Assembly (NCBI GenBank): GCA_963765895.1
Contig: CAVXZB010000038.1
Span: forward strand, 64,001 to 128,000
Source of the DNA: an uncultured Nitrososphaeraceae archaeon
GTDB lineage: Archaea > Thermoproteota > Nitrososphaeria > Nitrososphaerales > Nitrososphaeraceae
Length of the DNA stretch: 64,000 nucleotides
Direction of reading: 5' to 3'
Part shown: positions 37,056 to 48,164 of the stretch, piece by piece
Position numbering within the stretch: the first letter of the stretch is position 1
Layout of the letters: each line of letters starts with the position of its first letter
The notes under the pieces: model-generated
What the model saw: only the letters and a program-made list of their open reading frames with translations
Databases searched by the model: none
What the model was told of the DNA's origin: nothing
Position numbers and translations under genes: made by a program

Positions 37056-40025
37056 ATGTCTGGTTCGCGTTCGCAAATAAACTGGTTTGTCCAACTGCTA
37101 ATAGTCTTTTCAGTTTCTGTTATCATATTGATCTCCACTCTCACGAGTAACGGCGTTTACACGATGAGCTTTGCAAAATCTTCTGACCGAAAGATACCTG
37201 GGACTACCTCAGGTATAGGAGAAGATCGAGGATCCAGATCTAGAAATAATCAATTACGAAATGAGACCGGGCCTCCGTCGACATCATCGCCTTCGATACC
37301 TGAGGCACCGACAAAAAGTGGAACTGGTACTCTTACAGTCAAAAAAATTATGATTAATGATGGTGGAGGCACCAAAAGGCCATCAGATTTTACAATTAAT
37401 GTCGATGGAAATAATCCCTCTCCACAATCATTTCCTGGCAGCTCTTCAGGCACATCAGTTGAATTAAACAAAGGCAGATATTCAGTTACAGAAACTGGTC
37501 CATCTGGTTATACTTCAAACCCATCATCAGGATGTTCTGGTTCAATAAATCCAGACCAGGAGAGGAACTGTACGATAACTAATGTGTACAATAAGCCTGT
37601 CCCACCACCTGTAACCACTGGAAAAATAATAGTTACTAAACAGGTGGTTAATGATGGTGGAGGCACCAAAAGGCCATCAGATTTTACAATTAATGTCGAT
37701 GGAAATAATCCCTCTCCACAATCATTTCCTGGCAGCTCTTCAGGCACATCAGTTGAATTAAACAAAGGCAGATATTCAGTTACAGAAACTGGTCCATCTG
37801 GTTATACTTCAAATCCATCATCAGGATGTTCTGGTTCAATAAATCCAGACCAGGAGAGGAACTGTACGATAACTAATGTGTACAATAAGCCTGTCCCACC
37901 ACCTGTAACCACTGGAAAAATAATAGTTACTAAACAGGTGGTTAATGATGGTGGAGGCACCAAAAGGCCATCAGATTTTACAATTAATGTCGATGGAAAT
38001 AATCCCTCTCCACAATCATTTCCTGGCAGCTCTTCAGGCACATCAGTTGAATTAAACAAAGGCAGATATTCAGTTACAGAAACTGGTCCATCTGGTTATA
38101 CTTCAAACCCATCATCAGGATGTTCTGGTTCAATAAATCCAGACCAGGAGAGGAACTGTACGATAACTAATGTGTACAATAAGCCTGTCCCACCACCTGT
38201 AACCACTGGAAAAATAATAGTTACTAAACAGGTGGTTAATGATGGTGGAGGCACCAAAAGGCCATCAGATTTTACAATTAATGTCGATGGAAATAATCCC
38301 TCTCCACAATCATTTCCAGGAAGTTCAGCTGGCTCTACCGTAACACTAAATCCCGGAAATTATAAAGTATTGGAACAGGGTCCAATATCTTCACAATTCG
38401 TGCCTGGTAAGTATACGCCAAACTACTCAGCAGAATGCAATGGAGTTATCAAGGCAGGTGAGACAAGTAACTGCATTATCACGAACAAGTATAATCCATT
38501 CGTTCCAGGCCTGCTATCAAAATTAATAGTCACTAAAAGGGTAATTAATGATGGTGGAGGCACCAAAGGGCCATCAGACTTCACCATTACCGTACATGGA
38601 AATAATCCTTCGCCTAATTCCTTCCATGGAAGTTCGTCTGGAACAAATGTAGAATTGAAGCCTGGTAGGTATAGTGCTACAGAAACTGGTCCTATCTCTC
38701 GTTACAACGCTGACTATTCAAAAGATTGTTCAGGAAATGCTAATGCTAGTCCTAATTCGATCAAGAAGTGCAATATCACAAATGTCTATCAAGAACCAGG
38801 ACCAACTTCGAAATTAATAATTATAAAAAACGTAGATAATAGTCTGCAAGGGTCCTTGAACAAAAGACCATCAGACTTCACCATCACGGTACATGGAAAT
38901 AATCCTTCACCTAGATCATTTGATGGTAAGTCAGATAGTGGCATTTCAGTCTCGATTTACCCTGGCAGCTATAGGGTAACTGAAAAGAGCCAATCAGGAT
39001 ATATCGTAGACTATTCTGCTGACTGTGATGGTAGTATAAAGTCAGGACAAACAAAGGTCTGCATAATAACTAACGAGGGTACATCCAGGTCTTTGCCTAG
39101 TATAGTTACCAGACCATTAGTAACTAATATTACTGGCTTTTCTTCGCCATATGGGGTTACAACAGATACTTCTAGTGGTAATGTCTATGTGACAAACTAT
39201 GGTAGATTCAATTCAACTGGCACTGTGTCAATAATAAATAGCACTACTAACACTATAACAAGTTCTCTTCCTGTAGAAAAGAACCCTCAGGCTGTCGCAT
39301 ACAATTCTGCTAACGGTCTTGCCTATGTCGCTAATCTTTTATCTAATACTTTATCCGTAGTTAACGGTACTGTCAACAAGGTAGTAAATTCTATTCAAGT
39401 AGGCAAATCTCCCGGTAATAGTCCTAGTGGTATAGGCATAAATTCCATAAATAATACGGTGTATACAATCAACACAGGTTCTAACACCGTATCAGTAGTT
39501 AATGGTACCAACAACCAAGTAAAAGGATACCTCTTAGGATTCTTTAACCCGTCTTCTGTATCATACGACCCGGATAACGATGGGATTTATATCAGTAACA
39601 GGGGGACAAATACTATATCTATAATTAATGGTTCGACTAATAGCGCAGTAAAGACAGTGTCTTCGGGCGGAGTTTTGCCATCAGCTTCAGTCTACAACTC
39701 GGCTAACGGGCTAGTCTATGTGAATAACGCCGGTTCAAACACCGTATCTATTCTTAATACGACCACCAATCGTGTAGTAGGCGTAATTCCCGTAGGCGCC
39801 GGGCCCAGCGGCATAGCATACAATCAAGATAACGGCAAAGTATATGTTGCTAACTCTGTATCCGGCACAATTTCTGTGATAAATGGTTCATCGAACACTG
39901 TCACTAATACAATACTGGTAGGAAGAACGCCAATCGGGCTAGCATATAACCCAATAAATAATAGCATATATGTTGCGAACTCTGATTCAAATACGGTCAC
40001 AGTAATTAAAGAGATCAATCCTTAG
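37056..40025 (+). CDS. Surface adhesin-like protein: N-terminal TM, six ~98-aa Ig/CnaB-like domains, C-terminal YVTN/YncE beta-propeller
   Basis: Repeated KIIVTK...YSVTET...CTITN units; YVTN/YVAN/TVSVIN blades. Confidence 0.9.
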   Translation: MSGSRSQINWFVQLLIVFSVSVIILISTLTSNGVYTMSFAKSSDRKIPGTTSGIGEDRGSRSRNNQLRNETGPPSTSSPSIPEAPTKSGTGTLTVKKIMINDGGGTKRPSDFTINVDGNNPSPQSFPGSSSGTSVELNKGRYSVTETGPSGYTSNPSSGCSGSINPDQERNCTITNVYNKPVPPPVTTGKIIVTKQVVNDGGGTKRPSDFTINVDGNNPSPQSFPGSSSGTSVELNKGRYSVTETGPSGYTSNPSSGCSGSINPDQERNCTITNVYNKPVPPPVTTGKIIVTKQVVNDGGGTKRPSDFTINVDGNNPSPQSFPGSSSGTSVELNKGRYSVTETGPSGYTSNPSSGCSGSINPDQERNCTITNVYNKPVPPPVTTGKIIVTKQVVNDGGGTKRPSDFTINVDGNNPSPQSFPGSSAGSTVTLNPGNYKVLEQGPISSQFVPGKYTPNYSAECNGVIKAGETSNCIITNKYNPFVPGLLSKLIVTKRVINDGGGTKGPSDFTITVHGNNPSPNSFHGSSSGTNVELKPGRYSATETGPISRYNADYSKDCSGNANASPNSIKKCNITNVYQEPGPTSKLIIIKNVDNSLQGSLNKRPSDFTITVHGNNPSPRSFDGKSDSGISVSIYPGSYRVTEKSQSGYIVDYSADCDGSIKSGQTKVCIITNEGTSRSLPSIVTRPLVTNITGFSSPYGVTTDTSSGNVYVTNYGRFNSTGTVSIINSTTNTITSSLPVEKNPQAVAYNSANGLAYVANLLSNTLSVVNGTVNKVVNSIQVGKSPGNSPSGIGINSINNTVYTINTGSNTVSVVNGTNNQVKGYLLGFFNPSSVSYDPDNDGIYISNRGTNTISIINGSTNSAVKTVSSGGVLPSASVYNSANGLVYVNNAGSNTVSILNTTTNRVVGVIPVGAGPSGIAYNQDNGKVYVANSVSGTISVINGSSNTVTNTILVGRTPIGLAYNPINNSIYVANSDSNTVTVIKEINP
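37354..38317 (+). repeat. 294-bp tandem repeat, about 3.3 copies
   Basis: Units start at 37354, 37648, 37942 and 38236; only one synonymous AAC/AAT difference was seen among the full copies. Confidence 0.95.
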
Positions 40026-40339
40026 TTAGTGAACGCCCGCAAGGCTCGCAGCGGAGTACGAGAATGCCCAGAAGCGGATACTTGAGGTATTCCGTAAATG
40101 GAGGGCGTTCGCAAGTTTCAAGATCAAGTCGTTCGTAGTGCGAGTAGGCGAATGGGGTGGCATATGCTAGTTGACTGCGAGGATCCGTTGACCGTTCGCA
40201 AGTTCTGCTCAACGTTCCCAGCCTTTGAATTTCAGGCTCCGCCCGTGATTGCCGTCGAAGATGCTGTCAGAGTAACTTGAAGCTATGGCCTGGCGCGATG
40301 GACTGAGGAGATGAGAGGCTAGGCTAGCCTGTAGCTAGG
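40021..40339 (+). ncRNA. Candidate large structured ncRNA of unknown family
   Basis: About 55% GC by hand count (170/310) against an AT-rich background; at least eight nested stems whose G-U wobbles favour the + strand. Confidence 0.6.
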
Positions 40340-40944
40340 CACCAATTACAGAGTTAGCCTTAGGAAGACAGCTCTGCCCAAAGATGCGATACACTAGTGT
40401 ATGTAATCCATCGCTGATTGCTAGAAAGACATCAACACGCAATAGGCAGATTGCAACCTCAGAAACCTTCTCAATTGTAACATCAACCTTGTATCACGAA
40501 GGTGCTGATCTTAAATAAATAACAACAATTCAGAAACCGTCTACTAGTTTGTTACTTTTAATCGCAATTCGAGTCTTCTGGATAGTTTAATGACTGGTGA
40601 AGTGTTATGGTTTTGAAAATAGTATCATAAGTATATTTTTGCATATCTAACACTCAGTAATTCTTAGAACACTCGATTTGTTGTTACTGATGATATTACT
40701 TCAGTTTTCTCTTCTTGTTCTTCATCTAACTGATTTTTGTCTTCATCATAATTAGGCTTGTGTGATCCATTATAATGTTCAATGTGATCTCAATAATATG
40801 AGAGTAGGCAACGATAGCTAGAGGAAAATTCATGCTCTATAGTCAAAGGCAATCGCTAATAGTCCCTCTGCATTCAGTTCATACGGCTAGAGACTTGATG
40901 ATCATCAAAATGCTATCACTAGGCTGAAAATCGCTTGACAATCA

Positions 40945-42001
40945 CTAGGTAATCTTAGCGATGATATTAGCTGCCTTCTGAGCTCCATTTTGATCTTCAT
41001 TAAAGCCGGGTCTAACTTTAGCCGTGGTAATTTTGTCTTCTATCAAAGATTCTAATGCAAATATATCCTCATATTTATATCCCATCAATCTCGCATTTTC
41101 TTCCTGTTCAAAATGGTTCTTGATAGGAATGAAAATCCCTGGTGTGCCATAAACGCAGGATTCGTCAATCGTTGACTTTCCTGCAAGGGATATCAAAAGA
41201 TCTGAAGCATAAATATATTCGTGTAAATTTTCAACCAAGCCAACATTCCTGAATTCATCATTTGATTCAATAAGCTTCAAAGAAGGCCCTGAAAAGACAA
41301 ATAAGTCTGTATCAAGTCTTTTTCGGAGCTTTCGGTGAACTGTTATCACTTTATTGATCAAGTATTTACCTGAGTCAGTTCCACCAATGCTGACAGCTAT
41401 GGTCCTTTTATTCATTCCAAATCTTTTTCTTAATTCCGATCTGTCTGGCGTAGTCAAGTTCCTCACTATAGGACCAACATGTGATATATTGTCTTTATCG
41501 TCACCATGACTTGGAATTATGACATGATCACAGCTTTTTATCATATGTTGCATAGACCTATTCATCTTAGACTCCAATAAAGAGAGTAACGGTGTTTTAA
41601 TAAACGAGGTTCTAATTATGTCAGTTATAAAAATTCGTTTCCGTTTCATTTCATTTCCAACTGAAATAGATGCAAAGTCTTCGTCGCTGACTATGAGTCC
41701 CTCATTTAATTGTACAATCCGTCTGGCTATTGATTTGCACCTTCTATAATACCTAACATACTTTAAGATCCATATCAAGGTATTTCGAAGTTTCATGTTA
41801 TCATCTACAGAAAATCCACTAGGATGATAAACGTTGTATGCTTTATATCCAAGTGAAGAAACCATTTTGTATGCATTTAACCCACTGACGGCTAGAGGTT
41901 TACTCATGCCTAAGCGCGGAAGGCATTCCAAAATGGCGATATCTCTAGTTGCATGTCCTAATCCAATTGGACTAATAAAAAATATTGTGATATGTTTTCA
42001 A
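40945..42001 (-). CDS. GT28-like glycosyltransferase; probable extra A just after the start
   Basis: FFISPIGLGHATRD, VSIGGT, ISLAGKSTIDE, HFEQEENA; GGAGG before TTG near 42001. Confidence 0.85.
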
Positions 42002-42540
42002 ACCTCCGTAATCCCATACTGAACATTAGATAGGGAGTCGAAACTATAATAATTACATACCTAGCTCGATGTCTTTCCTGATAATCCATTCCATACATGT
42101 CGATTAGTCGTTGACTTTCAGGTCTCACTAGGTGTCACTTGCAAGATATCCGCCCAATTTGGTGCACAAACTGGCAGCTAGAATCAACACGAGATTAGAA
42201 CCCACTAGGTTATCTATTATGCGTAAGAGGTATGCAATTGATAGGTTGCCAACTAATGTCCATAGCCTTCGACCGCATTTGACATGAACGTAATCATTTC
42301 TAAAAACTAATGTAAATTTAGATCACCATTTTTGATAAATCGCGATACGACATTATTTAGGGCGTCTTCCTAGTATGAAAAATATCATTAGTATTTAAGT
42401 ATTGTCCATCAGATACAACACAACAGAAACAAGAAAGCATAACAAAATCAAAATGAAAGAGATCCTGATTAATCACTTTATCATTCTCTGTGTTGGAAGA
42501 ATGATTAAGCCCCCTATGTGAGTATAATTAGCGAGGTTAA

Positions 42541-43407
42541 TTGACAACACCAACCGATAACGCTCTAGGTGAGAAACGCATTCGAAAAAAATTTAGAGGA
42601 AAGTTTGTAGTAATAACAGGTGCTTCATCGGGTATTGGACGACAGGTCGCAATAGATTTCGCAAAGGGCGGCGCCTCTAAGATAATCATAATAGCTCGTA
42701 CTGAACCAAAATTGATAGAACTTCAAAGAATGATTGAGCAAACAACATTCCATGGACCAAGAGAAACAGAAGGACCAGACGTAATTCCATATGTATGCGA
42801 TGTCTCTCGAAGGCAGGAGGTAATGGCAATGGGAAGAGATCTGCTGCAAAAATTAGGCAGAATTGACATATTGGTTAATAATGCAGGGTTTGGAGCGCTT
42901 AGATATGTAGGAGCGCAAGAGATAGACGAAATAGAAGCAATCATGCATACAAACTATTTTGGGATGGTGTATTGTACTAAGGTTTTCTTAGATTCTATGC
43001 TGTCCAGGCGTACCGGTCATATAGTAAACATTGCTTCTGTTGCTGCTAGTTTTGGAGTTGCTGGCATGGCTGCTTACTGTGCCTCAAAATATGCTATGTT
43101 AGGTTTTTCTGAATCCCTCCGCCACGAATTGCATGGAACTGGAGTTGGAATAACTGTAGTCAGTCCAATAGGTGTGAAAACTAACTTTTTTAATAACAAA
43201 TTTTTCCCAGGTCGCATCCCAAATTATACCGGGTTAATGCTAAGTCCAAAGACCGTATCGAGAGCTATTATTTCAGCATCGTGCTCCCCACGATTAGAAA
43301 TAGTAGTTCCTTTTTACATTCGAGCTGCGATATGGCTAAAATGTACGTTACCATCTCTTATAAACCCACTAGTTGGAACTCTTTCTAGAAGACAGATGAA
43401 TGTATAA
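42541..43407 (+). CDS. Short-chain dehydrogenase/reductase
   Basis: TGASSGIG, NNAG, YCASK. Confidence 0.92.
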   Translation: MTTPTDNALGEKRIRKKFRGKFVVITGASSGIGRQVAIDFAKGGASKIIIIARTEPKLIELQRMIEQTTFHGPRETEGPDVIPYVCDVSRRQEVMAMGRDLLQKLGRIDILVNNAGFGALRYVGAQEIDEIEAIMHTNYFGMVYCTKVFLDSMLSRRTGHIVNIASVAASFGVAGMAAYCASKYAMLGFSESLRHELHGTGVGITVVSPIGVKTNFFNNKFFPGRIPNYTGLMLSPKTVSRAIISASCSPRLEIVVPFYIRAAIWLKCTLPSLINPLVGTLSRRQMNV

Positions 43408-43851
43408 AAAGTTGAAGCTAGTTAGTATGTACGCAATAACGTACCAGACACTGCTACCTAACAACATAGCTTTTGATCTATGATTTAGTCTAGCCCTATG
43501 ACTGCAATAATTGGTAACTGTTTGTAAATCAAAGTTTGGAACAGGATTCCGGTAGATAAAAGACCATATACTTGCAAACTTGAAGCGGTCAATATCATAT
43601 ATTTATAGTTAAATTCCATTCAATCCTCCTGGCATGTTACCACATGAAGAATTTGAGCTAAACTACGTAAAGACTCTGGTAAGGAGATGAAAAACAGAGA
43701 TAAACAAAATCATTAGTATTAAGAAAATCAATTTGAATATGATACAAAGTTATAGTCTGTCCCAGGATATCATAGACCATTAAAGAATCAACGATATTAT
43801 CGTGGGCTACAATTCACATTTACTTAATAAAACCTTTAGCTATTGGAACGA

Positions 43852-43903
43852 CAAAGGCTATTGAGTCTCAATTTTCAAAGGCTATTGAGTCTCAATTTTC
43901 AAA
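43852..43903. repeat. 24-bp tandem duplication
   Basis: CAAAGGCTATTGAGTCTCAATTTT twice; each copy contains the palindrome ATTGAG-T-CTCAAT. Confidence 0.9.
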
Positions 43904-44321
43904 TCCTCTGCGATACATTATTATTATTTTTCCGTCACTTACGAACTTACGAACTTATCAACAATGATTGCAATATAATAGATTACATGAAGTTCTACTA
44001 AGGAATTACCTCCTCTAAAATGACGTTTGTCATGCCCAGCAACTGTGACCGGTTCTAATACGAGCGTTAGCATCGGAATTGTTCTCGACAATGCGTGTTT
44101 AGTATTGTTTAGGTTTGCAATTGTATGAGAGCAAGCCAAAGCCAGTAAACAACTTCAACTGTCCTGATCTGTACTAATGTATATCTTACCTAAACTAGTT
44201 TAAATGATGAGGAAAGGATCAAAATCTTTACCCTAAGAGGTTATGTGTACTTTATCTTCTTACGATGTGAGAGGCAAATAATATCATCTTATTTTGTCAT
44301 GATATTATAAATATTATAACG

Positions 44322-44396
44322 GTCGCTGGTTGAAGTTCAGTCGCATACGCAAGGTGGATTGTTGGACTGAATTCAAAAGCCAGCATCGCCAGCGAC
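44322..44396. ncRNA. Candidate long-hairpin sRNA
   Basis: GTCGCTGG/CCAGCGAC and TTGAA(G)TTCAGTC/GACTGAATTCAA stems in a GC-rich intergenic patch. Confidence 0.4.
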
Positions 44397-44797
44397 AGCA
44401 TGAACCTATTGGTTCGTACGTAGGTTACTAAACCGTTATGTTATCTTATATGTCTTTTCTAACCTTGGAATGCTTCAGTTCGCATAAGGTTTGTATTAGT
44501 TCACATGGCCTAGCAAGACCCCCTATTATTCTAAACTATACACATTATTTCGCTAATTGTTAGGACGGACTACTCGTAGTGAATAGGTTAGCTAAATTGT
44601 GAAACCTTGAGTGCTATCATATAGATCTATCATTTATTATGCCAGAACTATTATTTGGTACCCTATCAACTTAGATTATGAATATTGCATTTGAAACCAA
44701 TTGAATATGCGGGAGGAGCCGGATCAATTTCATCTTGCAAAGAATTTATTTATATATCAATTACGTTATAAATACGTCATTTTTTTGGGTTAAGTAT

Positions 44798-45367
44798 CTA
44801 TTTGGATAGCAATTGTTCAATAAAATTCTCAAATTCTGAATGGGTAAAGAGGGATGAACAGGGGATATTATCTTTTATTACATTTCTCGGATCTTGTCGG
44901 TCTACTACGCAAACTACCCCGCTCACTGATGCACCTTGTTCCTTCACAGCATCTATTGCCATTCTGATACTAGCACCTGTAGTCATGACGTCTTCGACTA
45001 TCACAACGGGATCCTGTAATGTTCCTTCAATCTTCTTTTGCAGCCCGTGTTCCTTTATTGATTTTCTTACGTAGAACCCAGATGGACCTCTACGATTAGT
45101 ATAACTAGTATAGCCCAGAGCTACAATGACTGAAATCAATGGAATAGCCCCAACTTCTAATCCTCCTACTGACTTTGGGTTAAACTTCAAAACTTCTGTT
45201 AGTAATAACTCTCCAACTAAATTTAGTCCTTCTCCGTTGAACAATCCCTTTATATCATAATAATAGTAAGTTGTCTCTCCGCTCGATAACGTGATAGATC
45301 GGTCAAGTACTTTGATACATCTTTCTTGAATTAACTGTTTTAGTCTCGATTTCATCTCAACGGTCAT
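44798..45367 (-). CDS. pyrE: Orotate phosphoribosyltransferase
   Basis: TLSSG..YYYD, VGGLEVGAIPL, RKSIKEHG, VVIVEDVMTTG. Confidence 0.88.
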   Translation of the reverse strand: MTVEMKSRLKQLIQERCIKVLDRSITLSSGETTYYYYDIKGLFNGEGLNLVGELLLTEVLKFNPKSVGGLEVGAIPLISVIVALGYTSYTNRRGPSGFYVRKSIKEHGLQKKIEGTLQDPVVIVEDVMTTGASIRMAIDAVKEQGASVSGVVCVVDRQDPRNVIKDNIPCSSLFTHSEFENFIEQLLSK

Positions 45368-46109
45368 CGATAATCCCCTCCCAGATACTCTGTCCTTCCA
45401 TTTGTATCAGATTCTGTAGGCGGATTAATAATTTATTGTATAACATAGCGAAGGATATGGATCTATTGAATATGATTTCTTATTCTGGAGAATGATATAA
45501 TTATTGCATTCAAATCACATCCAAAATCCATGGGAGCAGTTGAATATTACCTAACTGTCGACCATATATAACAAAACCGTGTTCATACAGATACTTGACA
45601 TTCAACCATTCTAGAATAAATAATAAGCTAATGTTATTAGTAATAAATGACAATTATTAATGAAGGATAATAATGCTCGTTGTGAAGCATAGAGTATACA
45701 GCGCTAAATTTGCCTACACTCAAAAATCTAGTATCCTTATTTATCAAATTCGTTTATTTATTCTCGATGGTTATATTATCAATAGCAATTCCAGGATGTC
45801 CACCTGATGATGTGAACTTCGCCATTGCGAATCTGAGGCATAATCTATTAATCTGCACTGTATACACAAGAATAAAAGAACAACCTTAGAGTAGATGAAA
45901 AATATACAGGAGTCTATCTGGTCTTTTTCTAGTTACCTTACATAGTACTTTACTAGGTGCTGTGATGTTTTTATTTTCTTTGCTTAAATATAGACAGTTC
46001 AAATGCAGCGTCCCACGGTTTCCATGGATATATACAGCTGACTCTTCAATGTGCCTAGAACCTCTCATAATTTATAAGATATTGTAGGATAAAATATGTT
46101 GCATCTCTG

Positions 46110-46457
46110 ATGGAGCCTCTTTCGACATTTATCCTCGACTTTCAAACTCAGTCCATGTATTTCGAAGCTGATTTTTACATCGCCACATCGCTTTTGGCCA
46201 ACTATCAAAAAATATGTAATCTTGAGAGTATGGAAGTCTTTGCGATTGAGCCTCCGCTTACGAGTGCTGGATGGTCATTTGCAAAATTATTTCTTTCTGG
46301 CCAGTTTGTCGAAAAGATCTACGAGTGTAATCCGCAAGGAGTAGATGGATCTAAAGGGAAAAAGTTTGAAGATAAGTTCGTTTCATGGCTGAATACAACT
46401 CTAAAGAATCGCAACTGCAGGGCCCAGTTAAAGATATCCTCCGCCATGCAAAGATAG
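46110..46457 (+). CDS. Hypothetical protein
   Basis: 115-aa ORF with TTTATAA about 35 nt upstream. Confidence 0.7.
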   Translation: MEPLSTFILDFQTQSMYFEADFYIATSLLANYQKICNLESMEVFAIEPPLTSAGWSFAKLFLSGQFVEKIYECNPQGVDGSKGKKFEDKFVSWLNTTLKNRNCRAQLKISSAMQR

Positions 46458-46851
46458 GCGCACTATAATGCTAAAAACGATTTGATTGCTGAAATAACAC
46501 ATGACTTACTTATTCGGAGTAATTATCTTGTAATACGAACTTCCCAACGAATAGAGAATACATTTGTACATGTTCTGTACGTGTTATTCAGAATCGATCA
46601 GATGGTGTGGAACTGGATTATCTAAATGTGAAATGAAGTTACAACAGTTCTAATCCTTTAATCTTAATATAACCGATACTAGAATCATAGTTTGATCATT
46701 TTACTCTATTCCTTCCTTTTGCTTGACTATTAGCGCTAAAAATGATATATTGTACAAATTGACATACTACATTACCGATCGAAATTTGCTCACCTCAACA
46801 AATATCAATTTATATTGTCACCCCAGTTCATTAAATTAGCAATGATATAGT

Positions 46852-47575
46852 ATGATAACGAGGAATCCTCCAATACAGATTGAGAATCAGTTAAGAAAAG
46901 AAGCATTGTATGGCTGTATAATTTGTGGCTGTCCTGTTTTGGTGTATGTAGACATTATACAACAGGATAAGGAAGTTTTCATTCCTGAAAACATGGTAGC
47001 GCTTTGTCCAATTCATAGGAACAAGTATCATGATAACGATTTAGAAGAAGATCAACTGCGAATTGCAAAACTCAGTCCTTATAATAAAGAACATCAACTC
47101 GATGCTTTTACAGTACATTTCTTCAGACATCACAGTTAATGTTGGAAAATGCAAATTCGTAAATACTCCACGGATTTTAGTGGTAGATGATTTTGATATA
47201 ATAACAGTTAAAAGAAACTCAGAAGACCACAGGTTCATCTTAATTGATGTTAACTTTTTCGATTCATTGAATAATTTAAAGGCCATGTTGTCTGAAAATA
47301 GCTGGCACAGTGAAAGTGCTGACCTTGATTGGATCGTGCGCTACGAGCCGAGGCACCTATCTATACAAAAGCAATCTGATACCATGTTATTTGATGCAAA
47401 AATTGATAATGATAAAGAAGAAATCACCATACTTATCGATGGTTTCCATTATAACCAATCATTAATACAAATTTCTCAAAATGAAATCTTGGTAGATAAA
47501 GAAGAGATTGCTCAGGATCTTAAGGGTACATCTGTGAAGAATTACGAAGCAGGAATAATGTTTCAAACAAGATAA
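46852..47575 (+). CDS. HNH-like zinc-finger protein with C-terminal beta domain, frameshift near 47115
   Basis: LRKEALYGCIICG...ENMVALCPIH; the two ORFs join by a single-base shift. Confidence 0.7.
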
Positions 47576-48164
47576 TTAAACCAAGTAATTTGTCAGTAGT
47601 CGTACGATTACAAATGTTTGATGGCCTTAATGGAATATTTGTGGTTGTAAGTTAACATAAGACTTGATTGTTATACCATCTTTGGTAAGACTGTGGTCAG
47701 TTCTATCTTTTGTGTCAGGGCAAATAGATTACAGCTGTTGAAGTTGGTCAGTCGAATTGATTGATTGATAGTCTATATATTAGTCCGGAGATTTCATCGG
47801 CTAGAGTGTCTGATAAAATTATTCAGCGATAAACAGGGAGATTTAATATTTGACTTGAAAACATATTGGGCTATTTTCCAAAGGGAGATTTTCCGAACTT
47901 CTGGATGCAGGCTAATCTTATTCTCTTTTAAAGGTTAGATTCCTTGTACATAATTCTGCATTATCTTATCGCGTGGTGTTAATAAGGTAATAACTACACT
48001 ATATTCTGGAAAACTAGCGCGGATGGCATGCGGAATGCTTTCGCGTCGGTATCCATCTTATGCATTGATTCTTTATGCCTGGTGTATGAATATATTTACC
48101 TAACCGAGAGGACTTTATATAGTCGAAACGGTATAGTATCTTTAGATTTGTAGGGATATCGAGC

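Noticed and set aside
37250-38059. Repeated minus-strand ORFs
   Set aside because: Antisense shadows of the adhesin repeats.
40015-40280. Short ORFs 40015-40212 (-) and 40098-40280 (+)
   Set aside because: No motifs or promoter; expected by chance in a GC-rich patch that is better explained by RNA structure.
40021-40339. SRP RNA, RNase P RNA or hammerhead identity for the GC-rich element
   Set aside because: Diagnostic conserved motifs not found on either strand; CTGAGGA at 40303 lacks the downstream GAAA of a hammerhead core.
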